From Takakia lepidozioides (lineage: Eukaryota > Plantae > Bryophyta): a DNA stretch of 64,000 bases. Position numbers and translations under genes: made by a program. The stretch lies in contig CM060733.1 in NCBI GenBank assembly GCA_030704615.1, positions 23,312,001 to 23,376,000 on the forward strand, in the 5' to 3' direction. Of the stretch, positions 12,796 to 26,267 are shown piece after piece. The notes under the pieces are model-generated. The model was not told where the DNA came from and did not search any database. It saw only the letters and a list, made by a program, of their open reading frames with translations. The stretch's first letter is position 1. Each line of letters starts with the position of its first letter.

Positions 12796-15284
12796 GCACC
12801 TCCACCATGACCACAACTTTCAAACGAGGACCAAGAGAGGGAGTCAACAATGCCTCTTCTGGCACTTCTGGGCATGTGAGGATGCTATGTGAGGCAGGGC
12901 GACTGAAAGAGGCTCTACAGGCTTTAAACCAAGGAGGCATTTCAGCAGATTCAGATACTTATGTCTGTCTCTTGCATGAGTGCATCAAGATGAAGGGCCT
13001 GGGAGCTGGAAAGCAGGTGCACGCTCACATTCTCCAAAGTGGATTCAAGCCAAACGTTTTTCTACACAACACCCTTGTCAACATGTATGTTAAGTGCGGG
13101 AGCATCGTGGATGCTCACCAAGTGTTCGACAGAATGCCCCAACGATGGTTGATCACGTGGAATATAATGATGGCAGGATTTACCAAGCATGGGTGTGGTA
13201 GGAATGCTTTGGAGACATATGAGCAAATGATGGAGGAAGGGGTGAAGCCCAACCACATCACGTTCATTTGCGTCTGCAATGCATGTGCGAGCCTGGCAGC
13301 GCTGGAAAAGGGTAAAGAGGTCCACAGTGATATCATCAAAGCTGGAATTGTGCCAGATGTCATTCTGAACACTGCCCTGGTGGACATGTATGCCAAATGC
13401 GGGAGCATTAAAGATGCAAGGATAGTGTTTGACCATATGGCTGAACTAAATGTGGTGTCATGGAACGCTATGATCACAGGATATGCACAGCAGAGGCGTG
13501 GGATGGAGGCTTTGGAGACCTATGAGCGTATGGTGGAGGAAGGGGTGAAGCCCAACCTCATCACATTTGTTTGTATTTGCAATGCATGTGCAGGCCTGGC
13601 AGCGCTAGAAAAGGGTAAAGAGGTCCATGGTGACATCATCAAAGCTGGAATTGTACCAGATGTTGTTCTGAACACTGCTCTGATGAACATGTATGCCAAA
13701 TGTGGGAGCATTAAGGATGCAAAGGGAGTGTTCGACCATATAACCAAACGAGATGTGGTGTCATGGAATGCAATGATTGCAGGATATGCTCAGCTTGGGT
13801 GCGGGATGGAGGCTTTGGAGACCTATGAGCAAATGATTCAGGAAGGGGTGATTCTGGACCGGGTCACGTTTGTTTGCATTTGCAATGCATGTGCGAGTCT
13901 GGCAGCCCTGGAAAAGGGCAAAGAGGTCCATGGTGACATCTGCAAAGCTGGAATTGTACCAGATGTTGTTCTGAACACTGCTCTGATGAACATGTATGCC
14001 AAATGTGGGAGCATCGAGGATGCAAAGAAAGTGTTCGACAATATGGCTGAACGAAACGTGGTGTCATGGAACACAATGATCGCAGGATATGCTCAGCATG
14101 GGTGCGGGAGGGAGGCTTTGGAGACCTATGAGCAAATGATGCGTGAGGGGGTGAAGCCCGACCACATCACATTTGTTTGTGTTTGCAATGCGTGTGCGAG
14201 CCTTGCAGCCCTGGAAAAGGGCAAAGAGGTGCATGGTGACATCATCAAAGCTGGAATTGTACCAGATGTCATTCTGAACACTGCCCTGGTGGACATGTAT
14301 GCCAAATGCGGCAACATTGAAGATGCAGAGGGAGTGTTCGACAATATGGCTGAACGAAATGTGGTGTCAGGAAACGTGATGATCGCCGGATATGCCCAGC
14401 ATGGTTATGATATTGAGGCCCTGCAACTATTGGAAGAATTGCAGGCGGAAGGCTTGAAGCTGAACAGTGTCACTTTTCTATGTGTTCTCTCTGCATGTAG
14501 CCATGCTGGCCTAGTGGATGAAGGCAATTACTACTTTGACTCCCTCAGTCAACATCATGGTGTCACTCCAGCACTGCAGCACTTTGGCTCCATGGTGGAC
14601 CTTCTTGGCCGTGCGGGGCGATTGGATGAGGCAGAAGACTTCATTAACAAAATGCCAATGAAACCAAATTCTGTGGTGTGGATGGCCTTGCTTGGTGCCT
14701 GCAGAATCCACGGCAATGTGGAGATAGCTGAACGTGCGGCAACATCTATTCTCAAGTGGGATGCAGAGGATGCTGCAACTTATGTGTTGCTCTCAAACAT
14801 CTATGCCGCAGCTGGAAAATGGGATGACAGTGCAAAGGTGAGAAAAATGATGAAGGTCAGAGGGGTTAGAAAGGATCCAGGTCGCTGTTGCATTGAGGTT
14901 GGCAACAAGGTGCACACCTTTGTTGTAGATGACAAATTTCATCCCAAAATTAAGGAAATCCATGCTAAGCTGAGAAGATTGTATGGGCAGATGAAAGAGG
15001 CAGGGTATGTGCCTGACACGCGCTTTGTATTGCATGATGAGGGGGAGGAGCAAAAGGAATTTTCTCTTTGCCACCACAGTGAGAAGCTGGCCATCGGTTT
15101 TGGGCTGATCAGCACGGCCCCTAGGACGCCTCTCCGTCTCATCAAGAATCTTCGGGTGTGTGGTGACTGCCACACCTCCATCAAGTTCATTTCAAAGATT
15201 GTTGGCCGAGCAATTGTTGTACGGGACGCAAACCGCTTTCACCACTTTGAAGATGGGGTTTGTTCTTGTGGGGATTACTGGTGA
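12528..15284 (+). CDS. PLS-class PPR protein with E1/E2/DYW domains (organellar C-to-U RNA editing factor), intronless
   Basis: 918-aa ORF with about 17 P/L/S motifs, a PG box (KDPGRCCIEV), deaminase motifs HSEKLA and LRVCGDCH, and the C-terminus CSCGDYW. The true start could be a later ATG (12741 or 12807). Confidence 0.97.
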   Translation: MSRLGVFTRTNLGCRCQLPAARRGSIHDLCRGRDSRRSRDRVWVQIHPRGPDFKHKVTYESLWIDSYKKPAWMDGQLEAAAVSAQLIKSGTSTMTTTFKRGPREGVNNASSGTSGHVRMLCEAGRLKEALQALNQGGISADSDTYVCLLHECIKMKGLGAGKQVHAHILQSGFKPNVFLHNTLVNMYVKCGSIVDAHQVFDRMPQRWLITWNIMMAGFTKHGCGRNALETYEQMMEEGVKPNHITFICVCNACASLAALEKGKEVHSDIIKAGIVPDVILNTALVDMYAKCGSIKDARIVFDHMAELNVVSWNAMITGYAQQRRGMEALETYERMVEEGVKPNLITFVCICNACAGLAALEKGKEVHGDIIKAGIVPDVVLNTALMNMYAKCGSIKDAKGVFDHITKRDVVSWNAMIAGYAQLGCGMEALETYEQMIQEGVILDRVTFVCICNACASLAALEKGKEVHGDICKAGIVPDVVLNTALMNMYAKCGSIEDAKKVFDNMAERNVVSWNTMIAGYAQHGCGREALETYEQMMREGVKPDHITFVCVCNACASLAALEKGKEVHGDIIKAGIVPDVILNTALVDMYAKCGNIEDAEGVFDNMAERNVVSGNVMIAGYAQHGYDIEALQLLEELQAEGLKLNSVTFLCVLSACSHAGLVDEGNYYFDSLSQHHGVTPALQHFGSMVDLLGRAGRLDEAEDFINKMPMKPNSVVWMALLGACRIHGNVEIAERAATSILKWDAEDAATYVLLSNIYAAAGKWDDSAKVRKMMKVRGVRKDPGRCCIEVGNKVHTFVVDDKFHPKIKEIHAKLRRLYGQMKEAGYVPDTRFVLHDEGEEQKEFSLCHHSEKLAIGFGLISTAPRTPLRLIKNLRVCGDCHTSIKFISKIVGRAIVVRDANRFHHFEDGVCSCGDYW

Positions 15285-16284
15285 AACCATGTTTTTCTGG
15301 AAAGGTGGGATTGTCTTGCTTCATTATTGATCTGTGTAGCTACTAAGTTCATCCACCATTTCCTGAGAATATAGACCTTGATGTACAGTTGAGGGCATTT
15401 CATGTGGCATAGCAGACCTTCCAATAGCTGGTAGGGGGGTCTACATAACATAGGTAGGAAGTCAGTCCATAATTGCAATTGACTGGAGCAGGTAGTGAGT
15501 GAAGGGCGGATTTTGACCGACTCCGGTGATAGTGGAAGGAAATCAGACTGCTGTCCTAATTCGGATGGTTGAGCTTCTTCGGATCTTAAATATGAAAGTT
15601 GATACGAAGATGATGATGTTCAAGATGATGATGTTGAACATCATCATACTCATCAACACAAATCAAACCGTCATCAATCATCAGATGTATGATGATGTAT
15701 TGACGAAAATCATCATCATACATCAATGGTCATATGTACGTTGAACATCATCATACTTGGCAATCCACGGAGTAATGGAGTGGTTTCAAATTTTACATTT
15801 GTTAGTGATAGTCACACATGCTGCTGCTACCCATTTTCTCAAAATTTGTTCACTCACACGAGTCAGTGGAAGCAAAGCAGCGTACTCTTTTGCCATCAAA
15901 GGAGCCCCCCCACATACCCAATTCACATTGCTCATGCACACCCATTCTGGTCACATACATCACACCAGGCCTCCCTGAGTCTCAACCATCTGAAACCTAG
16001 ATACTATAGTCTTCTGTGCCTACACCGTTCAGAAATAGACCCAATCAAAAGTACTTTGACCACAAATTATCAAACTACTTTTGGCAAACCACATCTACAA
16101 ATGATGCACAAATCATATCAACCAAACACTCGAATTCACATACGCTCCATACATGCTCCACCAATGTAAACATCTTTTGCCCACATATTATATTAGAGCA
16201 AGGTTGTGTCTGTGAGAAAGAGGGAATGGAGTATTTGGTTCACAACCTATAGACCAACCTATAGCTTGAATGTCTGATCAACAA

Positions 16285-16500
16285 GACAACCAGTGGTAAG
16301 GGCACGTACCCTCTCACGAGTGATTGTGGGTTCAATCCACCTGTTGGAAGTCATTGCAGTGTCCACCTTCTTGTGGGTTCAATCCACCTGTTGGAAGTCA
16401 TTGCAGTGTCCACCTTCCCACCGGAAGGCGGTAGCCCTATGGGGTCAAGTGACACCACAAGTTACGCTTGCTTCGGCACCGCATCCACCTTTTTCTTTTT
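16285..16500 (+). mobile_element. tRNA-derived SINE-like element with an internal 47-bp tandem duplication
   Basis: A-box-like accagtggtaa and B-box-like gggttcaatcc. Perfect 47-bp repeat at 16324-16370 and 16371-16417, followed by a T-rich tract near 16490. Confidence 0.45.
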
Positions 16501-17263
16501 TTTTTATCAACAACCCATTTCCTACCTGTTGGAGAGTGTGAGACCCATGGCAGCTCAGGCAGTGGCAGTCTTGTAAAATCCCTCCAGTATTCTCAAACAA
16601 GCTTTGATTAAAATGTCAATCCATCAAATGGAATTCAATGCTCATTTCCTTCTATGCTATTACTAAAGAAAATTTCGGTTACAGCTTGCAGCTGCATATT
16701 TGTGCTCCCGTTGTGTAGGTTTCTTTGAGCTGTAAAGACATCCCATGACATGCGTTTAACTCCAGACTCACTTAGAGCTGGTTGCATCAAGCACTAAATT
16801 AAAAAGCTCGAGCCCTGGATGGCCATGCACAATTTGAAAACTTCACAAGAACGTCCAAGAAATGGGCCACATCTTGAATGTCCTAGGCCTGAGACACTGC
16901 ACATTATCAGCAGATTTTCCCTGTGTTGCCCATGTTTCACCAAATACATGAACGCTCTCTCCCTCCCTCACTTGAGCCATAAGACAATGGGTTGAGACTT
17001 GCAGCATATTCTTCACTGGAATATCATTGACAGTTTGCCCAAATGCATGAGTTCCAGAATCTCTCTATATCTCTGAGTCAAGTCCTCCTCCTTAGCATAA
17101 CAGCAGTTCTGAAGTTCAAAATTCTGAGAACCGTGACGTCCTGCTGAAATCTTCCTAAAGCCTTGAGAGTATTGCTGGTGGAAGAGGCTGCAATTGGGGC
17201 TCACCTGCAAGAGAAAAGCTGGAAAACTGGTCTGAAAGAGAATGACATCAAGTCAACCTCCCG

Positions 17264-19337
17264 TCAAAAAGGGTCATCATCAAGTACATCAAGTACATCA
17301 AGCTCCCCAAACATCATGTCATCCCAATCCTCCATGTCAGCCTCCCACATCTCCTCATAGTCATCGTAATCATCACCCCAGTCTTCACCATCATCAGAGT
17401 CATCATCCATGACTTCCTCCCAGTCCATGGGTGAGTGAAGGACTCGCAATTTCTTCACCTGCTCACCGAGAGCCCCTTGGAATCTGAGATGCCAACACGC
17501 TTTCACATCCAGGACCTCAAGATTAGGACAGCCCTTGAAAATGGCAATCAAGCCCTCGTCGGTAAGCAGATTATATGCAATACTGAGGTGCGTAAGGTGA
17601 GGCATGTTGTGTGCGATAGCCAGGGCATCGTCATTGCATTCTGGCAGAAGGTACAAGCGTCTGCCCAGTGGCCCTGAGCTGCAATCCAGACGTTTCAGGC
17701 ACTGACAGTGTCGCCCAATTTCTCTTATTGCCCCTTGCTTTAGGTTCATGCAACAGCTGATGTCCAGGTGCACAAGCGCGGTCAGCTTCGGTGCCATGTC
17801 CATCATGCATGCCTCTGAGACCATACTCTTGGTTATGCACAGCTTCTGCAACACACCCTCCCCACTGCACCAGTGCCATAACACATGCGTCATATTCAAT
17901 ACTAATGATTATCAGATTACACTGTGCATGTATAGGTGTGTGTATATGTTGCATCCTGCTATCCTGAACACAGATGTGAGAGAAGTGGCCGTGGTGGTAC
18001 TGCCCGTTGGACAGAGGACATAAAAGAGACATGGAGGAAAAGGGAAGGAAAAAGGGCAGGGCTCTGGGAAAACCAGGGAGGATGATGTCCTACAAGACTA
18101 GACCATTGGGAGACGGAAGGTTAGAACAATCTCTGCAACCAACCAGGGATGCTGCTGGTCAGCCAATCCACTACACATCCTTTCGATTACACAGTGAAAA
18201 TGTCACAAAGGATGGGAGGAGTGACATTGACATAACTAGTACCAGGTGGAGCACACTCTCAAAAAGAGAGCTGGATGGAAATCTGAGATATTATAGAACA
18301 AAACTAACAGACCCACTATCCAAAAGTTGATGGCTCGGCCCATTTCCATAGATACTTCCCCCAAAACCAGGCTGCATTTCTCCACGTCAAGAATTAACAA
18401 AGAGATGGTGGAAATCAACTAGCTGCTACCATGGTGTTCACCCTACAGTGAAATCCTTCAAATCACAACCGTTCACGACTCTCACAGCTTGCGAAGGTTA
18501 AAAGGCTTCTGTAAACATCTCGCCCCACTACACGCAATGCCAATAAGAAGGGTGTCTGTACTTTACGGCTGTCTGTCAACATTGGCTTTGAGGCACCTTT
18601 GAGGGCGGCACCCTCCTTTCTGCATACTCATACTCCCACAGCCAGGGGCGAGGTTGTAAAATGACATTCACTGCGTATGTCATTCCACAGCCAAGAAAAG
18701 ATGCTTTCAGGAAATAAGTGCGAATGAAAGGCCAGCTTAACATCCACTTGAAAAAATGAAGCTGTTATCCCAGCTCTGCTGCTATAACCCTCTCCCTAAA
18801 TGTGCCACATGCGGCTGTTGTTGAACTGGCACACACGATGTAGAGAACAGATAGACTCATATTCAATAGATGAAGTCAGATTGGCAACAATGTGCAATGC
18901 AGGCTTGACACCAGAATCAAAGTCTGTACGTCCACAATCCCAAGCCTTACACCACACCTCACATGTCAGTTGGGGCTATTCGAATATGCCGTCATCTACA
19001 TCAATAAGCTGTGTCAAGGCCAGGAAAGGAAGTAGGTTGAGCAAGTCTCTGACCTTTCAGCCACAAGGCGAAGGGAAGCATCGGTACACAAGGTGCAAGA
19101 AAAGCGTAGCAAACGGCCTTCTGCGCGCGGAAGCAAGTAGCTCAGCATGCGCTCAACCTCGTCAGAGGTCTTGGCCACGCTCCAGGAACCTAGGTCCAGG
19201 GTACGCCAACAGGGAGCGCTACACGAGACGCGCTTCCATGCCTTGCACACCAGCGGAATTGTAACGAGCATATCCTTCAATGGCAGCCTCTCAAACACTC
19301 CGACCATTGCTTCCGGCAGCATGTCGGCCCAATCCAT
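17264..19337 (-). CDS. F-box/LRR protein (FBW2/SKIP-like), two coding exons (19337-19054 and 17864-17264)
   Basis: F-box MDWADMLPEAMVGVFERLPLKDMLVTIPLVCKAW. Cysteine-containing LRRs (MPHLTHLSIAYNLLTDEGLIAIFKGCPNLEVLDVKAC) and an acidic tail. The GT-AG join keeps frame (AES|GEGVLQKL). Confidence 0.9.
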
Positions 19338-21673
19338 CTTGACAATCAAGACTCCTCTCCAACCCCTCCTATCCAGAGATCGCCTCACCTTCCAAGCCTC
19401 CAATATCTTTTTGGATGCCTGCTACAATAGCGATCCGTAGCATCCTTGACATGAAGCCGCCCAATTCCCGTCACTCACAGCTCCAAATAAGCTAACCATG
19501 CAAGCATCTGATATAGAACGCATTCATAACTGGGCACCCAAAACTTCGAATTCAGAATACTCACCAATTCTCAAGCCCACCCTTGTAGTTCCTCAACCCA
19601 ATTCATGCTGTAGCCCAGCCTTCTTCCACCTTCCTCGCTGCCTTGCAAACCCCCATCTCTCCTCTGCGCAGAGCAGGTGCATCCCAAACGCACCAACAAT
19701 GCAGCCAAGTTAACGGACGGAACTCATCCACATGCTGCCTGCTTACCGAAGGTGGACACTTGGAACCCTAGATCACTAACTAACAAACCACAGCTACCTG
19801 CTCCAGTGTTATGCTTTCAATAGAGACTTGAGGAGCTCACATGAAGATGAGCAATATTGCACAAGGGCTTTAGATACTATGATTGGAGAGATCCAAAGAG
19901 GGGATGTGATTTAGTGCTTTGTTTTGCTCATCTCATGGACCTTCGGCTTACTATACATGTTAGGTTTTGTGTTTGGGTTTAACTTGGTTTCACTTGCATT
20001 TAAAACGGTTGTTAGGGAGTTTTTAGGGCCCATGTGGGAGATGCTCCATCCACTTGAGGAGGCTGAGAGGGAAGAAGCTTCTTGGTGGCCCTAGATGCAC
20101 TCAAGAAGCCTGCCGAAATCGAAAGGGCTAGCAAAAAAATCGAAGGTTTAGACCAATCGATCTATCTTCAGTACTCAAAACACAGCAATTTTGGCATGCA
20201 GAAACATGAGGATTTTTGGTTATGTACGACTTTCATTCATTGTGATGATCCAACTTCATATTTTTTGAGGGCTGTTGTATACATACACAAAACCTGCAAT
20301 CGTCGAGTTTGGACTCGGGGTTACAGTTACGTGTGTGACAATTGAACTAGGAGTTTGAAGCTCAAACCGGAAGTAGTCACCTGATAATGCTACCAGCAGA
20401 ATAATAAGAACTCAGGTAGACCACAATGGGCACTCCCCATCGTCCATCCTTAAAATCTGGAATTTGAATTTCAGCATGAGCATGAAACTGTGTCCCCCGA
20501 AGTTCAAGTATAGAAGCTGTGCAAGATTCTCAATTTTGTTTCACAAACCAAACTTAGCCATGCAAACTTGCACAAACTCTCCAGCAATGGAGCAAAAGCA
20601 AAAGCTTATAGGTATACAGCTCTCTTGCTAATTTGTGTCTGAGGCCATACATGAGAGGCAAAAGGTCAACTCATGTCAATATCGTACACAAGCACCACTT
20701 TTGAACATTAACCCAGAACCATCCATGCACAGATTAATGGACTATCAGAAATTAGCCTCAGTAGTTAGTTAGTGCCTCATGCAAGAGACAGGTCTCCCCT
20801 TTGCCTTACAAAAGCACTTTCAAGTGATTGACAATGATGAGATCTGACCTCAAACAGTAAACTGGTCAGGGATGTCTCCTTCATAGCCTACTTCACACAG
20901 TCCAATTCTACGGGAAACAGTACTTTAACCACCTGTATCCCAAGCCTGCTAAGGAGAAACCAGGCGCTCATAAGCCATAACCTCCATGTGTAGGAAAAAT
21001 GATGAATTGAACAAAGAAAGAATCATTGTTCACAAAGCTAAAAGGTAAACTTCAAAGCAGGTTCCCTCCTTTTCCTGAGGCTGAGCTCAACATGTGGTGA
21101 CAAATCAACGCTTCAAAAGAGGGGAGGCTTGGTCAAGCATCGGAGCGCCAACAAGAATTGCCCTTGTCAGCATGGGAGAATCTCTGCCTCTTGACTTCCT
21201 CTTCCTCCAGCATAAAGCTTTAAAGTCTCTGCAGAAAAAAAACCATTGCGTTATCCTGGGACTCATTACACTGACCACCTCCCAAAGCACTGCAGTTATT
21301 GTACTTTGGATCACCCAATTTAGCATGGTCCAGTGGGCTTGGCATGGTCACTTAGGCAACTTGATTCAAATCTATTAGATACGATCTCCCGTAGGTAATT
21401 TGAAAGCAGATATTGCACCAAGATATGTAGACCACATCCTGAGTAGTTCTCCACGTTTACAAACTCACTTGATGAACTTTCAGTTTGTTGTACCTAGATC
21501 TTTGAAAAAGGAATACAATTGAGACAAAAACAGAGAAAGATTCGGGTATATTGGGCACACCTACCAAAAAGAAGCTGGAGGAACAGCTTATACCTACCCT
21601 TTACAATGCTGGAGATTGAGGAGAATGCTCTGAAGCAATCATGAAGGTGAATACCTTGTGTGGTGAGGACAAT

Positions 21674-23914
21674 CTAGTGCTGCACAGGTTTCAACGGTTG
21701 TGCTCGCAGAGAGCTCAGATCCAGATTTGAGTCAAGCTCCTCGTCCAACTCTCCCACCACACCTCTACTCCCACCATATCCCCCCCCATTTTTTGTCAAG
21801 CAGCCAAAATGTGGATAAGGAGCAGAAGCAGTTACACTTTGGAAAGGCTTGCTGCAGATAGAGCCATGCAATATGTATGCTGCTTTTGTGATTATGCTAT
21901 GTGGCAAGGTGGGGTGCATACATGTTATCTCCCCGAATGATGTGCAACCCCAGTACGACTTGCTCCACACCAGCCTGCACAACGAAGTCCTTATTTCTTT
22001 CCCACCAGATCCTCCCAACCAAAACAAACACAAAGTGAATCTAACCAACATCAGGGAGCCCCTTCCATGCAGGCACCTGTGCTGCCTCTAGCCCTAGATT
22101 ACAATCTCTATTGTGGCCGACAGCATCAATCTTGTTGATTGTGTTTCACCCTCTGATCTCTATCAAGTTCTTATTCCTTCACATAAAAGAAAAGTACAAT
22201 AAGTGTCAATAAGAACTCGATTCCATCTCAAGCTACAAAAGGTTATGGAAAATTTGCAGAGGAGCTACAATAGGGTTGTCTTGCTTCTTACTGTCGATGT
22301 GGCATTTGAGCAAATACCAACAAAGCCTTTTTAGCATTACTCCTGTTGAGTCAGGTAGGACTACAAATGGAAAAGGGTCCAAAGGTAAGCACCCCATAAA
22401 AAAGAATGTGGATAAGGTAGAGTTAGGAGGATTTGAGTTAAGTACCTTGGTGGAGTATACACGCTCATGGGACTCATCCAGTATTAGATTGGTAGCCTGA
22501 TCAAAACCTCTTAGAACTCCCTGCAATTTGGTCACAGGACAGAGATGTATCAATGTGGCTTTTGACACACCGACAAATTGATAACTTCAATTAATATACA
22601 TCTAAACCAGACAGTGGTGCCTAACTATTTAAGGTGGCCTTCCATGCAGAACTGACCGACACATACCAAACCCCCAACATAGTGCCAGCAGTAGCACCAA
22701 TGCCAACTGAGGAAAGGTCCTCCCAGCTTCTACACTGCATGTCGCAGGAAATCAAGCGACACAAGAAAACAATCTGGTCTTGGCTCTAGATGGAATCGAT
22801 CGGATGTGCAAGCTTGCCCCAGCATATCCCTCCTCAATCATGCCCATTATCCTTTAGCCATTACCCAGCCCAGCAAAGAACATAAAAATGTGTATCACAC
22901 ATATCGCGTGTGTGACAATCCATACACTCCGTAGGTTGCTATGAGAAAAAAAGAAGCCATGTAACACCCGAGCAACTATTGGTCCTATTTATTCCAACAT
23001 GAGATCAGACACTGACTACTTCTGTAGCTGTCCACTTCCACAGAAAAACTGTGCATACTCGGATTGGCGCAAAAGCGTTTCTATGAGATCAAAGCTACAT
23101 CCACGCTACAGAAATTTGGCCTAAATAGCCAATCTAATCACGCAGGGCATGTCTCATATCTTCTAAAATCCAGCGAACTCCAACTATGGTTACAACAACC
23201 TACAGTGCAATGAAGGACTCACCTAAATGAAATCCACTGCTGTCACCTGATATTTACTAAAAGCTTATCCCCTACTTCAGACTCCCAATGCAATATACAA
23301 CGTGAAATCCCTAAAGAGATACCACTTACCAAACCTTAGATGTATCCATCGACTCCAAATCAAGAGCAAAAGTTACAGCCCGACAGTAACATCGAAATGG
23401 AGAACCAAGGCAGTTTTTATTCAGTAACTTCACAAAACCCGACTTGTAAGAGGAACTTGGTAATAGAAAAACTCACCACAATGTTGCGCCCGTCATTTGT
23501 AATCACAGATATGGTTTCTGCCAACCCCCAGCATCATCATGTGTCAAACAATCTTCCTTATGTAGATACTTACACAAACAAGATCGTGATCGGACTGCGA
23601 TCAGACCATGAGCTCAGAGATGCCCCTGCGTTCGCTGAAATGTGACGAGACTTTGCATATATGCATTCTTAAGGTCTCCTCCCTACCCTCAGGCCCCTCG
23701 TACTCTGGTAAAACAACACCGCCATTCGGGACCTCCCCGGATTGAGGATAAACTTACAGGCCCTCAGAGCCAATTGTGACCAAATCCAAGCAATCACATA
23801 GCTTCTCACAGATGTAAACATCCAAACCAGACTCAAGAAGCGGTCATGTCCAAGGCTAAAGGGCAGTAGATACACACGGTCGACCAAGGTTTCGAGGCCA
23901 GTATCGGTCGCCAT
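21674..23914 (-). CDS. LSM8: U6 snRNA-associated Sm-like protein LSm8, five exons
   Basis: Spliced product MATDTGLETLVD|QTISVITNDGRNIV|GVLRGFDQATNLILDESHERVYSTK|AGVEQVVLGLHIIRGDNI|GVVGELDEELDSNLDLSSLRAQPLKPVQH*, all GT-AG introns. Confidence 0.96.
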
Positions 23915-26267
23915 CGCTGCGCCCTTCTTGCCCCACACCGGAGGTGTTGCAAAATCCCTGCAGCCAGGCTCGCCTCTTTGAGTAAGACGCCTTCAACACT
24001 GAGCCTCTCTTCGTTAGATGACTTGCAGACCCAATTAGGGTTACGCCACACTTTTCCCCCTGAATTTAGGTTCAAAGCCTTTCATTGAACCATCATATCA
24101 ATTACACATTCATTCCTTTGAAACAGGAAACAGGACAGTCATGTAAGCCCCATCAGCTGTGGCCTGCTAATGCAGCAGCCATGGAAGAGATCAACAGAAC
24201 CCAAATAGATTGTAGCTCTATTTTGAATCCTTGGGACAAGAGCTTGCTTTCAGCACCTGATGCCTCTAGTTTTCAAAAGAATGGTTTTCCTCTTTCACAG
24301 GGGGATAACTTCACAGGGCAAGTGAGGTAAAGAAAACTTCTACTTCTAAAGAACACCGGTGCTTGGACAGAAAACTCTTGGGATCAGTATGTTTCCAGCA
24401 GTGAGTTCCAGTCTTCATGATCAAAGGTGCCAGGCTCTTAACATGACTGGTGCTTTGACAAGATGTTTACACCTGAGTACAAAGAATCCAGTCGTGAAGA
24501 GTTGAAGATTTAAAGTAGATTTGGTGCAGAGTTGTGAATACCAGCATAACCTCTGGTGGTTCCAAGAGTTCTTGAAACATATTTACATAAATGACCAACT
24601 TTAACATCCATGGTTGCGCAGAAATCCGAGTAACATATTTCTCATGTACAATTGGGTAGTGATCATGACATGATTTGTGTTTTCTTAGATTGAGGGCTAA
24701 GTTATTGGAGATTGATCCAAAACTTGGACCGCCCTTCTCACTACACTCAGCATCGTAAGCTCCCCCTGCCACCCACTATTATAGTCCCAGAGATTCCCTT
24801 CATGGCATCCACACTAGTAAACCATGAGTGAACTAATCATAAGGATTTCATAAGGAAAATAACGTAAGAATGGACTCTGCTCAACTTCAGGCATGTAAAC
24901 CTCCATACATCAGCACACTGAAATTTTGGTGCCACTTTAGATATGCAATCCCCAACCCTGTTTGCTCTTGAGGTATCAGACTCACTCTTTGCACAGATTA
25001 TGCTACATTACACAATCACTAACAGTGCACAGTGATCCTACAGTTAGAAGTGAATATAGAATGATCATAGATGTCTAAGATCCAGTGACAGAACAGAGTT
25101 TGCAGATTACCCTTATGTGTCAACAAAAAATATGGTGAAGGTTTGAAATTACTCCTCAAACTTGATAGTCTACTGATTTTGCCATGGGTGATTACACTTC
25201 TGTACTCCTGCTTGGGAGCCCCTTCACTTAAAATCATAACTGCGAGGAAAGAACTGAAATTGGGACGGACTACATCAATGCAAACTCTGTACTTACAAAT
25301 GAACTTTTCTCACCAAACATCGCTGGCCAAAAACTATATTCGCGCCAACTGGAAAATCTTTCAGTCTACAACAATCAACAGGTTGGGTCAGAATAGCAGC
25401 TCAAACTCTTTCGATGCACTGATGTTGAAATAGATGGTGAAATCTATGGTGCACACACATGAATTCACACGAGTTTGGAATAGAGACTTTACTGTACCAA
25501 AACTTGTTTGTCCATGGTACCGAGTGAATCTAGATACCCAGACTAGCACATATACAGTTTCTTTCCAAGAATATATGCGAACATTTATTAGGAAAAAATT
25601 ACCACCAAAGGAATAAGCATTGGAAGGGAAGTGGCCAATGACATGGGTGGCACTCTGTCACTTTCTAACCTGCTCTCACTATTTTGAGCCAAGCCTGTGA
25701 TTGTGATGATAGAAGACTGTAAACCAACTCTTTACCAGGTTCTACAATCATAATATAACACTCTACAGCTGTAGGATCCAATTCACAGGTGAATATCAGT
25801 TTAACTTCCCAAACAATATGGAGACGATAGACTGAGCGTAGAAAGCAATAGGAGCTGGGAGATAAACTGGGGATGGTTGGCGCTGATAGCAAGCAGGGAT
25901 CGATAGGTCATGTGAAATGATGCATCATATGACCAGAAACTGAGATTTGCTGGATGCTGGAACTCAAGTTCCCAAATCTGTAGACCTGTACATCTTTGTA
26001 ACTGTAAATCTTGCAGACAGCAGATACCATCTCTAGGGCATTTTCTTCCACTAAACCCAGAGTCAGCCCTCCTGCTTTGGTTCAGTGAAAGTGAAGCACA
26101 CTTACAGGACCTACTGATGCCCGCTGACTCAAGCGGCCATGCCCACGGAATTAGGGTGCAAAAGTAGGGGACAGGAAATTGCACCCACTCTCTCTCTCTC
26201 TCTTTCTCCTCATTCCTTCTCAAGCCACAATGAACAGTCCCCCAATAGGCACTAGTCTTATCACTTT

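Noticed and set aside
13062-15190. Antisense ORFs over the PPR gene and similar short alternative-frame ORFs across the window
   Set aside because: They are shadows of real coding sequence or repeats, with no independent support.
14860-15284. U-to-C (DYW:KP-type) editing domain
   Set aside because: It has a PG box, HSEKLA and terminal DYW, which mark the canonical C-to-U type.
16324-16417. CRISPR-like repeat
   Set aside because: Only two adjacent copies, no spacers, no cas genes, and the context is eukaryotic.
21766-21921. U12-type last intron in LSM8 (purine-rich acceptor, ccttat motif)
   Set aside because: The donor is GTATGCAC, not the U12 consensus RTATCCTT.
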